From the human T2T-CHM13v2.0 reference genome, Homo sapiens, in NCBI RefSeq assembly GCF_009914755.1, contig NC_060926.1: 64,000 nt of DNA; one strand, 5' to 3'. Below are positions 1-14,680 of the stretch, in pieces. The position numbers were made by a program, and so were the translations under genes. The notes under the pieces were generated by a model, which had not been told where the DNA came from, made no database searches, and was given only the letters and a program-made list of their open reading frames with translations. Position 1 is the first letter of the stretch. The number at the start of each line of letters is the position of its first letter.

Positions 1-800
1 AGATCAAGTACCTGGCACAAGGTTACACAGCTTACAAGTAGTAGAGCAGAGTTGAACCCAGGTTGTGTGACTCTGAAGCCTGGAGACCCAAATGCTGTGC
101 TAAATGAACCCGCCATACACTGTGATTCCCACTGTCTGCCATCTGCCTGCTCCTACCCAGTCCTCCACAGACCAGAGGACTTCCTGCTGAAATGCTGCGC
201 ATCCCTCTGTCCCAGGTGTTTGAACATCCCAACCACCAACTTTTGAAACTCCTCTTCCTTCTTCTGAGCACTCACAGCACCTGATGTCTAGTTACTCTTC
301 TTGAGCATATAGAGTTTTGATTGCCATTTAACTTTTTCTCTCTCCCCAAGCTATACTACAGTGTCAAGGGCGGGAATGTTCCTCTGCCTCTTTGGTAACC
401 CTTAGGGACAAATACTCAGTCAACTCAAAGTTGAAACAAACTATCAAAAGAATGAGATGAAAGGAGAGATCAGGCAGCTAAAGAAACAATTAAGGACCAA
501 GAAATCATCACCTTCTGTAAGTCAGAAAAAACTAAAGGCACAAAAAGCACCAGCCCCCAAAATGAAAGGAACACATCAGGAAAATACTTGAGGTAATACA
601 AGTTAAAACAGAGGGGGAAAGCAATAATTAAAGCAACTATTAAGAAATGAATAGAAATAGAGGGTAAATTGATATCCATCACTGAAACAGAAGCCTCCTA
701 TCCTAAAAAATAGAACTGAAAAAATATTTGAGAACATAATACAGAAAAACTTTTCCAAGCTCAAAGAACACTTGAGTCTTCAGATTTAAAAGGCCCACTC

Positions 801-944
801 AGCTGGGCACAATGGCACACACCTATAATCCAGCTACCTGGAAAGCTGAGGCCAGAGGGTTGTTTGAGCCCAGGAGTTCAAGACCAGTCTGGGCAACATA
901 GCAAGACCCCATCTCAAAAAATGAACAAAATAAAATAAAATAAT
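801..944 (+). mobile_element. Alu monomer (FLAM-like)
   Basis: gctgggcacaatggcacacacctataatcccagctac...gagcccaggagttcaagaccagtctgggcaacatagcaagacccc followed by an A-rich tail. Confidence 0.85.
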
Positions 945-980
945 AGGGCCCATTCTATGCCAGACAAGGTCTAGATACTT

Positions 981-1019
981 AGAAAAGAAAAGAAAGAGAG
1001 AGAAAGAAAGAAAGAATGA

Positions 1020-1075
<56 letters not shown>

Positions 1076-1160
1076 GAAAAGAAAAGAGAGAGAGGGAGGG
1101 AGGGAGGAAGGAAGGACAGACAGACGGATGGACAGAAGGAAGAAAGGAAGGAAGGAAGGA
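981..1160. repeat. (GAAA)n/(GGAA)n purine-rich microsatellite
   Basis: Direct reading; source of the K/E/R-rich and F/S/L-rich spurious ORFs. Confidence 0.95.
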
Positions 1161-1210
1161 CCCATTCTAAACTAGGGAAATATGATATAGATCGATCAAC
1201 AAGAATTCTT

Positions 1211-1557
<347 letters not shown>

Positions 1558-2292
1558 CTACAAGCCTGGCATCATCCTTCCAAATAGCAACATTTAATGC
1601 CAGAAGGCAATAGAAAAATGCCTACAAGGTTTTGAGGAAAAGAAAAGGCAACTCAAGAACATTACACTCAGCAAGATGTCACTCACATACATAGTGACAT
1701 AACAGTCAAACATTCTCAAATATGAAAGAATTTGGGGAATATAACACCACTAAGTCCTTCTGCAGGGGCAAAAAATAGGAGAAAAAAGCCTACTCGACAG
1801 TGAAATACAACCAGTCAAAAAAATTGACCAAATTAGAGAACTAGTAATGTGAAACTCTTGATAAAAGGACTAGCAGTAAACACTGAATTCAATTAAATAT
1901 AGAAAGAGGACTAGACCTCTGGAGAAATAAATAGATGCAAATCAGAATGTAGATGCTATAAAGTCAAACAAATTAAAAATTATAGAAGCATCAAAAATTG
2001 GGAGTGGGGAAGAAGCATGAGAGCACTAAATCATCTTATTACCTGGCAGGAAGCCAATCAAAACCACCCACCCAACCTTTCAATTAATTTTCATCACCCA
2101 TTATATTTTTCTAATCTTGGGATGATCTTCTAGAAACTAACATGTCTTGTCATTCAGGAACTAATCTTTGAAGTTTATTAATTTCACCTGAGTTCCTTTT
2201 TACTGTTAAGTTCAGGTAAAACCAAGCCTAATGTTTTTAATTATTTTAAAAGCATGCATAATATAATCATGTTACAATAAAATTATTTGTGA

Positions 2293-2870
<578 letters not shown>

Positions 2871-5056
2871 CTCCACAAGTGGATAGGTAGGACATTTGTT
2901 GCTTTCTTTGTACTTGAAATTTTAAATGATGATCATATGTCACTTTTAAAAAGTCACTACCAAAAAACAAAAGAGCTTCTACTTGGAAAACAAGATGAAT
3001 ATTCCCTGGGCCAACAGAACAGAGGCTAAACCATCCTGACCATCTAATAATCTAGGCAGGGCATGTTTAAGAGAATTAACTCCTTTACAACTAGAGTAGG
3101 CTTTGGAACAATAGTAGCCTGCAACTTTAATGATAATCATTGCAAAACAGCATATCTGTGTTTTATTGGCTCTAGGCAGATTAGCTGGAGGAAATAAGCT
3201 TCCTCAAGAGATCACCTCTGGGAGAGAGGAAAATATGCAATAAAAGAAGAGGTCGAAGAAGTCCCAGGTGTACGGAGTCAGCATCCAGATTACTGTATCT
3301 CTGAGCAATTTGCTGGACTGACACAGCTTCATTTTAAATGACATAACATAACCAGCATGATTCATCCTGCCGTCCAAGGGCTATATAATAAGTGTGGTAA
3401 TGGGGGAGCATCTCCCGAGAGGGTACAGGAACAGCTGTGTGTGTCACCTGGGAATGGCACCCACCTATAAATCCCATCTCTTTGACAACGATTCTAAAGT
3501 CCCTCTGTCACTGTCACTCACCCACAAAATTAGTGACTAAAGGGGAGAAGGAGAGGAAATGCCTCGCCCCTGAAATAGAGAAAGACTGAGAGAGGGACAG
3601 AGCAAGTTAATAAATAAAACAAGAGCCTGAAGGGAAGAGCTGCTTTGTCAGAATATAAATATTTCCCTTCCCCTTTTATCTTTAATGTAGTGTGAGAAGC
3701 TTATTAAAGGGAAATGCTTCTCTGTCCCTGGAGCCCTCGCACAAGCCTTGCGGGGAGCTGCCTGCAGAACGGGGTCGCCTAGCCCCACGCTTCTAAACTC
3801 TTCCCTGCTGGAAGTGAGCGTAATGTGCAGAGCAATAAAGAAGGGCTGGGGGAGGAAAGGGAAGACATTGTGGCCATTAGGATCCTTATCTTGATGGGCC
3901 TGGTGTCAGGTTATGTTAATCGCTGGGAGATGCTGAGAGACTGAGGATGAGAAATGCCTGTCTGCTCAAAGGCTTGGCCTGAGATTCCAAGGGAGGCTGA
4001 CATTGCTAGACTTACCCTCTGCTCCGTTAGAGAGAACAACATCCAAATTTAGACAAAGGGGAATTTGCCTGATGGAGGCGTGGATGGAGAGTCCTGTGGG
4101 TGTTCCTCTGAGGAGCCCTTGGTGGCTGCACATCTCACATCTCCAAGAAGACAGCCAGCACGAGCAGTCCCAGCATACCCCCAACAGAAGCCTATTCCAA
4201 AAGCATGGAAGACATTTGCCGTCCACATCTCCTTCCTAAAACCCCTAAAAGGATGGGACATTAAGGGCCTACATACCAAGTCAGGCCAGCACAGAGCCTG
4301 GCACGTGGTATGTGTGCAGTAAGTCTGTACGGCACGACACGGAGACTGTACTGGGCTTGTTTACCACTGTATCTGTGGGTCCACACACAGGGGCCAGCAC
4401 ACTTGGTTTTGGATGGATGAATGAACACATGCATTTAGACACAATTAGGGCATCTCCTTTGCTGGCCATGTTTGCTGCCTCTCCAAAGGATCTTTGGATC
4501 TGGTCAGGATTTGGGTCCTGCTGAGCTTTGAGGCTACCATATCTTTGCTGGCCTTTTGGAGATATTCGGCCATGTGGTTATACAAAGATAAGCCACCCAT
4601 CCATCAGGTGCCAAGTCTAGCCAAAGGCTGGGAGTTGGGGGTGGAGAGAACGGCTAAAAATTGCTGCCAAAACGTGCTACTCCTTCAGTCTCCTTGGCTG
4701 AGATATTCCAAAGGAGCAGGCCCTGGTTGCTTTGCTACTATACACCACCTGCCACACACCCATGCGTTTCTATTTCTATAACGTAATCAATGGAGGGAAC
4801 AGAAATGACTTTAAAACTGCATTTCTAAGTCTCTTTTGTGCTCAGACCAGGGTATGCACTTAGCAAGTGTCTACTGCCATTTCAAACCCATTAGGCATCA
4901 CATGATCATTCCTGCTGCAGAACCTGCTCTGCATCCCCATTTGGGCGCTCCATCCTACCCATTTTGATGTCTCTTGGGGTCTCATCCTCAATAATTTTTT
5001 GTCTATGGTTCCCTTCCCACTGAAACTAATTAGGTTGGAATAAAGACTCAGCTACA

Positions 5057-5360
5057 GGCCAGGCGCGGTGGCTCACGCCTATAATCCCAGCACTTTGGGA
5101 GGTCGAGATGGGCGGGTCATGAGGTCAGGAGATCGAGACCATCCTGGTTAACACGATGAAACCCCGTCTCTACTAAAAACACAAAAAAATTAGCCGGGCA
5201 TGGTGGCGGGCGCCTGTGGTCCCAGCTACTTGGGAGGCTGAGGCAGGAAATGGCATGAACCCGGGAGGCGGAGCTTGTGGTGAGCCAAGATTGCACCACT
5301 GCACTCCAGCCTGGGCGACAGAACGAGACTCTGTCTCAAAAAAAAAAAAAAAAAAAAAAA
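5057..5360 (+). mobile_element. AluY-like element
   Basis: AluY-type 'gagatcgagaccatcctggttaacacg', pure A tail, target-site duplication aaagactcagc. Confidence 0.95.
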
Positions 5361-5727
5361 GACTCAGCCACTTTCAGGATCAACGACATCTTATGGCAAT
5401 GTCCATGTTACAGGGAAGTGTATAATTCAGGGATGGTGAGCCATTCTTAGCTGGTTCCTAGAGAATTCTTTGTCCAGGGTTCTAAACATTACCTACAACA
5501 ACTGGCAATACCTGATTTAACATTCCGCCTCCTGTATAAGCCCCATCTAGCCTCCCTGTGGTCTCAGCCGCACTAGGGGCCTGGAACCTTGAGAGGGCCT
5601 GTTTCCAGTGTTCCCACCAACAGGGTGGAGGAGGAGGTGTGGGGGCGGGGTGGCACACATATATCTGAGGGGTGGTTGTGTGGGAGAGGGATTAAATTTG
5701 TACTGTGAAAATCAATGGAAGCCTTGG

Positions 5728-5842
5728 GGAGGCAGATTTCAGTTCAATATAGTGAAGGACTTTCTAACAATTAAAGCTGTCCAAAAATGAAATGGGAACA
5801 TGCAAAGAAAGCCCTCTCTCCCTGGAGTTCAAGCAGAGCTGA
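5728..5842 (+). mobile_element. L3/CR1-family 3' fragment
   Basis: 'ggcagatttcagttcaatatagtgaaggactttctaacaattaaagctgtccaaaaatg...ctggagttcaagcagagctg' matches recalled L3/CR1 3' consensus. Confidence 0.6.
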
Positions 5843-5919
5843 GATCTCTCCTGCCAGAACTGTGTTTTGGCCAGTGGCACAGACACCTGACACTTGTCAG
5901 CGTGATCAACTGGTGCCTC

Positions 5920-6080
5920 CAGTTCTGAAGCCAGATGGCCCGGGTTCAAATCACAGCCCCACTAGTTACTAGCTCCATGATCTTGGACAAGTTATTTAGC
6001 CTCTCTAAGTGTCCATTTCTGCATCTAAAACATGCAGATAAAAACACATTAGACTTTCTGGGCAATTGTGAGGGTTTTAT
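5920..6080 (+). mobile_element. MIR
   Basis: gggttcaaatc...ttggacaagttatttagcctctctaagtgtccatttctgcatctaaaa. Confidence 0.7.
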
Positions 6081-6284
6081 GTTTATCAAAAGAATCTGTG
6101 TTTCTTTTGTGTGTTTGTTTGTTTGTTTTTGAAAAGTAAGATGGGGTTCTAAGCCTTTGGGTGCTCAAAGCCCTTACTGGTTTATAGAAGTCATGAAAGA
6201 CAGGGCACCATTTTTACTTGCTACAACATAAAACAGCATTTTTGTAATTAATTGTTTTGGGGGGTTTTGTGTGTTTTTAAAGAT

Positions 6285-6380
6285 AGTAAGGCAGATGTAT
6301 TCAAGGGGGGCCATGGTGATAGGTATAGGGACCACCGTAACAGGGACTTATAGTTGGGGAGGAAGATTGGACTCAACTCC
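6285..6380 (-). mobile_element. ERV1 LTR fragment (MER31-like)
   Basis: 'gataggtatagggaccacc...gattggactcaactcc' resembles recalled MER31 consensus. Confidence 0.45.
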
Positions 6381-6526
6381 TATAATTGTTATTTTACATA
6401 CACACATAAACACAAACTTCAGTGTTTAAGCTCTCAGAAATTATGAGGAAAATTATTTTAAACCAACAAATTTAACTGCATAAAGAAAAGTAGAAAACAA
6501 CGTTTTTATTCAACAAATATTTATTA

Positions 6527-6979
<453 letters not shown>

Positions 6980-7549
6980 CTATAGGGCATTTTGAATTGG
7001 CTTGTATCCCAGATGAAACAGGCAGGACCATAAGATAAAGCAAGCTGAACATTTTTTAATGTGCCATTAGGACTTCAGTTTTTTCCCTGTTTTCCATCAG
7101 AAGGTCAGCTCCTCTGAAGATTATAATCATGTTGATAAATGCTATATGCATATTGCCTAAAACTGAAAAAGAAATTTTTTCTTCTTTTATTTATACCTAG
7201 CACAGTTTTTGGTTCTGAAAGACCTATGCCTAAAAAGGGCATGGGTAGAAATAAACATGGGATGACCAAAATATCTTTTCTATGGGGTATAAGCATCCAG
7301 ATTTGGAAAAGAAAGCTTTTTCTTCAACAGCTCCTGTGGTCTGCAGCAACTTACAAACATCCATCTCTTCAGTGTATTTGTGCATTGGAAATATTCAGGA
7401 TGGAAATGTGACTTTCCTCTGGCCCTGCCATTCCTACAGTATTCTCACTCTCAACTGAGCATACATGATGCTGGCAGCCTTTTGAGAAACCAGAAACTTT
7501 AGCTCCCATCTGCCCAGATCAAATTGCCTCTTTAAACCATTACAAATAA

Positions 7550-7760
7550 TAATCATTCCTTACTGAGTATTTGTAACATGCTCAGTACTAAGTACATTGT
7601 ATTATCTCATTTGACCTTTGCAATCCTATGAAGCAGGTGCTATTATTAAATATTATCACCATTTTACAGATGAGGAAACTGAGGCCCAGGGGAGTTAAGA
7701 AGCGTGTCCAAAGCCACATAACTAACAAGCTACTGAACAAGGATTAAAATCCACAAAACC
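7550..7760 (-). mobile_element. MIR
   Basis: Core 'attttacagatgaggaaactgaggcccag'. Confidence 0.8.
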
Positions 7761-8209
7761 TAGGCTCTCCACCAAAACTATCAAACTGCATCTCTAAAGA
7801 AAGATGAGTCCCCACTATACCAAAACTAAGAGCTTTCAAAATAGTGAATGGGAAAACTACTCTACCACTCTTAGAAGAGAAATGTGAGGTTGTTTCTAGA
7901 GGAAACATCCTGTATTCCTTACAGTGATGCAGCATCCCATGAACATCCTGGTCTTGTGATCTTCTCTGGGACAGCTGGCTGCATAGGAGGTAGAGAGAAA
8001 CACATCCTCACCGAGGCTTCCACAGAAAACACGAGCTCATCCTGTCTGTTTGCTCTCTAAGAGCCTTCTCCAGGCCAGACATACACAGATGGCTTGTGCT
8101 GTTAGGAGCAGGCTAAATTTCTTCCTTGTTCTTATTTCCTTCCCACAAGTGTTTTTTTTTTTTTTTTTTTTTTCTTCAAAGAGAGAACTGGATCCAATGT
8201 CCCATTCTT

Positions 8210-8705
<496 letters not shown>

Positions 8706-9608
8706 AAAAATAGTAACGACACAGCTAATACCAGACACCGGAGTCAGTTAGCCGGCTTACTCTTAACTGTTCAGCTGGAATTTAAGTCAGGACATCACCA
8801 ACCCTGGGTGCCAAAACACAGCAAGACCAATATGGTCCTCAGAACTAGGGCTTTAAAATAGGGTAATCTCTTGGAGCCATGGACCAGCTTTATAAATTAA
8901 GGCTAGGGGAAGAGGAGGAGTGAAGTTTCACAGGTAAACCAAAGCCCCTTTTGTTAGAGTGAGAAGTCTGTCGCTTCTTTTGTTTATCTCTTCTCTAAAT
9001 GTTTCCTCTCTGGCCTCCTGGGCTGTTTTCAAAACCCCTCCGTTTTGGTAACAACTCTTCACAAGTCTGCTGGAAGCCAGAGAAACAAGCCAACAGCCCC
9101 TTCCCCAGCACAAACAGCCAGCAGGCACAGCCAGGTCCCTCCCCTACCTCTGGGGTGAGGCTGGATGCCAGCAGTGGTTTCTGCAACACACTTCCAGTCC
9201 TTTCTTGACAAGGCACAGCTGTCCGGGGCAGCTCAGGCTATGGACACCAGGCAGATCAGCCCCACTCACCAGCTTTCTGTGGGTCTCCCAGTCACGGGCC
9301 ACCCCGAAAGCCCCTCACTCCGGTCAGTCACTTGGATCCTTCACTCTGGAACTCACACAAGCTATTTGCAACGTGAGGTGGGGAGGAAGCAGAGAAAATA
9401 AAGTTGTGCCCTTATGTGCAAAGTTCTTGGGTAAAACACAAGCCCAGGAACCCACACGTGTGGATTCTAGTTCCAGTTCTTTCTGTCGTGAATTGTCCAG
9501 CGCTTGGACAATTCACTCTACCATGTTGGGCTTCAGTTTTCTCACCCCCCAAAATAAAGGGAATGAATGACTGGAGTCTGAGATCACTTATAAAAAAATC
9601 AATCCCTA

Positions 9609-9945
<337 letters not shown>

Positions 9946-9980
9946 TCAATCCCTGAACCATTCTCCAACTCGGCCCTTCC

Positions 9981-10274
9981 TATTTATTTATTTATGAGAC
10001 AGGGTCTCACTCTGTCACCCAGGCTGAAGTGCAGTGGTGCTATCACAGCTCACTATAGCCTCAATCTCCCAGGCTCAGGTGATCCTCCCACCTCAGCCTC
10101 CTGAGTAGTTGGGACTTTAGGCACGTTCTACCACGCCCAGCTAATTTTTGTATTTTTGTTAAAGACAGAATTTCACCATGTTGTTCAGGCTGGTTTTGAA
10201 CTCAGCTCAAGCAATCCACCCACCTCGGCCTCCCAAAGTGCTGGGATTACAGGTATGAGCCATAGCACCCAGCC
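9981..10274 (-). mobile_element. Alu (J-type), antisense
   Basis: (TATT)n tail then gagacagggtctcactctgtcacccaggctg...gctgggattacaggtatgagccatagcacccagcc. Confidence 0.9.
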
Positions 10275-10404
10275 TAGCCCTTCATTTTTAAATCACAGGA
10301 TAGGCTGGCTCCTAGCTCAGGCCAAACTCCCATTATAATTTTGAGACAAATTCAAGGTCATCACAGAAAACCAGATTCATTTGTCGATCAAGGCTATAAG
10401 ATTG

Positions 10405-11626
10405 GGCCAGGCACGGTGGCTCACTCCTGTAAATCCCAGCACTTTGGGAGGCCCAGGTGGGCGGAACACTTGAAGCCAAGAGTTCGAGACCAGCCTGGCC
10501 AATGTGGCGAAACCTCATCTCTACTAAAAATACAAAAATTATCCAGAATCTACAATGAACTCAAACAAATTTACAAGAAAAAAACAAACAACCCCATCAA
10601 AAAGTGGGCGAAGGATATGAACAGACACTTCTCAAAAGAAGACATTTATGCAGCCAAAAAACACATGAAAAAATGCTCACCATCACTGGCCATCAGAGAA
10701 ATGCAAATCAAAACCACAATGAGATACCATCTCACACCAGTTAGAATGGCAATCATTAAAAAGTCAGGAAACAACAGGTGCTGGAGAGGATGTGGAGAAA
10801 TAGGAACACTTTTACACTGTTGGTGGGACTGTAAACTAGTTCAACCATTGTGGAAGACAGTGTGGCGATTCCTCAGGGATCTGGAACTAGAAATACCATT
10901 TGACCCAGCCATCCCATTACTGGGTATATACCCAAAGGACTATAAATCATGCTGCTATAAAGACACATGCACACGTATGTTTATTGTGGCACTATTCACA
11001 ATAGCAAAGACTTGGAACCAACCCAAATGTCCAACAATGATAGACTGTATTAAGAAAATGTGGCACATATACACCATGGAATACTATGCAGCCATAAAAA
11101 ATGATGAGTTCATGTCCTTTGTAGGGACATGGATGAAATTGGAAATCATCATTCTCAGTAAACTATTGCAAGGACAAAAAACCAAACACCGCATGTTCTC
11201 ACTCATAGGTGGGAATTGAGCAATGAGAGCACATGGAGGCAGGAAGGGGAACATCACACTCTGGGGACTGTTGTGGGGTGGGGGGAGGGGGGAGGGATAG
11301 CATTAGGAGATATACCTAATGCTAAATGACGAGTTAATGGGTGCAGCACACCAGCATGGCACATGTATACATATGTAACTAACCTGCACATTGTGCACAT
11401 GTACCCTAAAATTTAAAGTATAATAATAATAAAATAAAATTAAAATACAAAAATTAGCCAAGCGTGGTGGTGCACACCTGTAGTCCCAACTTCTTGACAG
11501 ACTGAGGCATGAGAATTGCTTGAAACTGGGAAGCAGAGGTTGCAGTGAGCCGACATGGCGCCACTGCACTCCAGCCTGGGTGACAGAGCGAGACTGTCTC
11601 AAAAATAAAAAAGAAAAGAAAGAAAA
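10405..11626 (+). mobile_element. Alu split in its central A-rich linker by an L1 insertion
   Basis: Left arm 10405-10541, right arm ~11457-11626; outer duplication aag(g/a)ctataagat. Confidence 0.9.
10542..11441 (+). mobile_element. 5'-truncated young L1 (L1PA3-like): ORF2 C-terminus, 3'UTR and tail
   Basis: Uninterrupted ORF2 end ([13 protein letters not shown]...[19 protein letters not shown]...[10 protein letters not shown]); G-rich 3'UTR; 'gctaaatgacgagttaatggg' is GAG-type, not the L1-Ta ACA type; 15-bp duplication aaaatacaaaaatta at 10527-10541 and 11442-11456. Confidence 0.95.
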
Positions 11627-13578
11627 GACTATAAGATCCATGATGGCGGGGACACACATTCCCCGCATCTCACACAGCACAGGGCCTGAACATAATGACT
11701 CTAAATACATTTTTAAAAATAAACGAAGACCATGTGGTTTAATTACACCCTTTTAACTTGAGCTGTACCTTACTCGTTCATTCAATCATTTATCGAACGC
11801 ACTTTGCTGCTGGCACTGTGCCCCACTGCAGTGTGACTGTGTGGATTTAAATAACCTTCTGTGACTACCTATAAACAAAATAACTGGTGACTGACGCAGG
11901 GAATTAAAAGCAAGGAGAGATTCCTCAACATATTAATGAGAAAGTTAGCTAAGAAATAAAGGGCTTCTCTGTTCCCATCCCAGAGGCTTCTGATAGGCAG
12001 CATTCTAATAAAAGTTGCTTTAACCGGCTTCACACTTTCAAAGCCAAAATTAACACCATACAACGGAAGGCCCCAAATAAATTCAGAAGGTAAGACCCGA
12101 GCCAGGGAGGGACTCGGATTTACTCATGAAAAGGAAATCTCAAAGCCCTCTTCAGTCTCAAACTGGCTCACTCCACCCTCTCTTAACCACCTCTTCGATC
12201 CGTCACCTCCCTTTGGGGACCCTGCCAGGTTCCTCAGGGCCAGCCACTCCTCGGCCCCTCCTTCAGGTGAAACCATTCTCAAATTAAATCACAAAGAGGA
12301 GCAGCCAGTCTGCAATGATCTGTGTTTATTTAGTAAATGGGTTGATTGCCCTCATTTGTGGAGATTAAGGGTTAATTTCCCAATGCAAAGAGAACCGATT
12401 TCTCCAAAAGCAGCCGCAGATAATTAAGTGGAAAAAACAAAATTCAAATACCTCTCCCCACCCCGACCCCTACCACCCTGCCCCTTCCCATCCAGTTTTG
12501 GCCTCTCGGTGGCCTCTCATGCAAGGTAGCCACAGGCTCTGGGTTCACTGAGGCTCTGAGGAAGGATTTGGTAAACAAAGGCTTAGGAATTCTTTAGGCC
12601 CCTCTAAGCTGACATCTGGCAAATTCGAGATCACATAACAGTTTCTCTCTCCCCCCCTCTTCTGGCTTTGAAAGGCAAATGTTTTGAGGTTTGTGTTCTC
12701 TCCCATTCACAGGGTTTTTAATCAAGTGGAGTCAAACCACTTTGTCTACACCTTAATTGAAGAGCCTGGCTCTAGAGCTTAAAGTACTATTTAGAATAAT
12801 AAGGGGGAGGCAGGGAAAGGGAGAGAGGGAAAGGCGGCTAAGTGGAAATGTGAAAGGCTAGAAAAGCGATGGGCAAGTGGCCTTTCAGGGAACACTCAGG
12901 GTATCGCGTGCCCAGCCTTCTCAGCACAAGTGGGCACAGGCTGTGAGCTGCTGGGCCTGGCTGCTGCGCTGCCATCAGAACCTGGGAAGACAAGAAAGTC
13001 CCTACTTGGAAAGTCCTAGCTTAGGCGAGGAACTCCCAGATAGAGCCATAGGCTATCAGAGCAGAGCCAGATCACAAAGCCCAGTTTCTACCATTTACAG
13101 ATGCAGACGAAGCCTCAAGAGGTGCACTGACTTGCCGGAGAACAAGGGGTTAGTGGCTGGACCAAGACCCCAAGAATTCTCATTTCCCTGGCTGTAACTG
13201 AAGTCTTTCTCTGTTCCTCTGGAGAGAGAAATGCACTACATCCATCTCAAAACAAATTTTCATACACTTGGGAAGACAGTTAAATGACTTCATATATTTT
13301 TCCAAGAGAAACAAACTTTCAACTTGTCTTCTCATCAGCTACTTTGGATCCTGACTGCACAGTAGACTCACTCGAGGAGCTTTTAAACAGACTCTCTAGG
13401 AGTGGGGCCCAGAAAGTAGGCTTTTTAAAAAGTAAATCTCTCTACAACAACCTTCCACCACCCCTTTGAGAGTCACCTTTTTAACTTCTTTGGGTTACTC
13501 TTCATACTGGTTCCTTCACGCCGCTTCATTTACTTTCTGCATGCCAAATTTATGTGTTTAATCTAAAAGCAATAGTAG

Positions 13579-13865
13579 GGCCAGGCACAGTGCTACATCC
13601 TAGTAATCCCAGTGCTTTGGGAGGCCAAGGTGGGAGAATCACTTGAGCCCAGGAGTTCAAGACCAGCCTGGGCAACAAAGAGAGACCTTGTCTCTACAAA
13701 AAATTTTAAAAATTAGCCAGACATGGTGGCATGCGCCTGTAGTCCCAGCTACTGGGAGGCTGAGGCGGGAGGATCAATTGAGCCCAGAGAGTTCCAGGCT
13801 ACAGTGAGCTACGATGGCACCACTGCACGCCAGCCTGGGTGACGGAGCAAGACCCTGTCTCTAAA
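13579..13865 (+). mobile_element. Alu (J-type)
   Basis: Dimeric Alu with J-type 'cttgagcccaggagttcaagaccagcctgggcaac'. Confidence 0.9.
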
Positions 13866-14244
13866 CACAAATAAGTTAAAACAATAGCAGTGATTGTTGA
13901 CGCATGATTAGCTTGTGGTCCGTTGTGATTCTCAAGTCTTTTGTCCCGAGCTAGCCTTTCACCATCCTGTTTCTCTGCAATGTATAGGTCTTTATTTTCA
14001 TTGAACTTCATCTGACTGATGAATTGCACAATCTAATTCAACAAATTGAACGTCTACATTGTGAAAGACGAGGGAGAAAAATAAGACATAGTTCCTACTC
14101 TCAAAGACCTTTCAAATAAATAGGTGGGGTAAGAAAGCACCAAAATAACTGAAATACAAGAGAGAATACAGTAATATCAAAGAAAAGTGGCAAAAGAAAC
14201 TGACTTTTGATGAGTACCTACCATGAGCCACATACGTTGTGATA

Positions 14245-14680
14245 AAAATAGGATTAGGCTTGGCTGTGAGGCATTGGAAAATCTAAAACAATGTTGGCTA
14301 AAACATGATCAAAGTTTATTTTGTTCTCATATTTGAGAAATCCAGAGGGAGTCCATCCCAGACTAGCATGGTGCACATCTGTGTTAGAGACTCAGGCCCC
14401 TTCTCTCTTTTGCTCCTTTCCCAGTGTCACCTCATGGTCCACAACAGCTTGTGCAGTTGCAGCTGTCAGGAGGAGGGAAGAAGGGTACTTCCCACTCCCT
14501 TTAAGTTGCACACAACACTTTTACTGACACCCCATGGCCTGGGCTCAGTGGATCCCAAAAGGGAGGCTGGAAAATGAGATCTTTATTCCAGTTGGTCATA
14601 TGTCCATCTGACGACTGAGGGCTTCATTACTATGGAAGAAGAGGGGAACAGATATTGGGGGACAACTAGTAGCCCCCACA
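14245..14680 (-). mobile_element. Old MaLR LTR (MLT1-family) remnant
   Basis: 'aggattaggcttggctgtgag...aatgttggctaaaacatgatcaaagtttattttgttctcat' resembles antisense old MLT1 termini. Confidence 0.5.

Noticed and set aside
10341-11219. 292-aa ORF as a host gene or active retrotransposon
   Set aside because: Only the C-terminal end of L1 ORF2 fused to Alu sequence; lacks endonuclease, reverse transcriptase, ORF1 and the L1 promoter.
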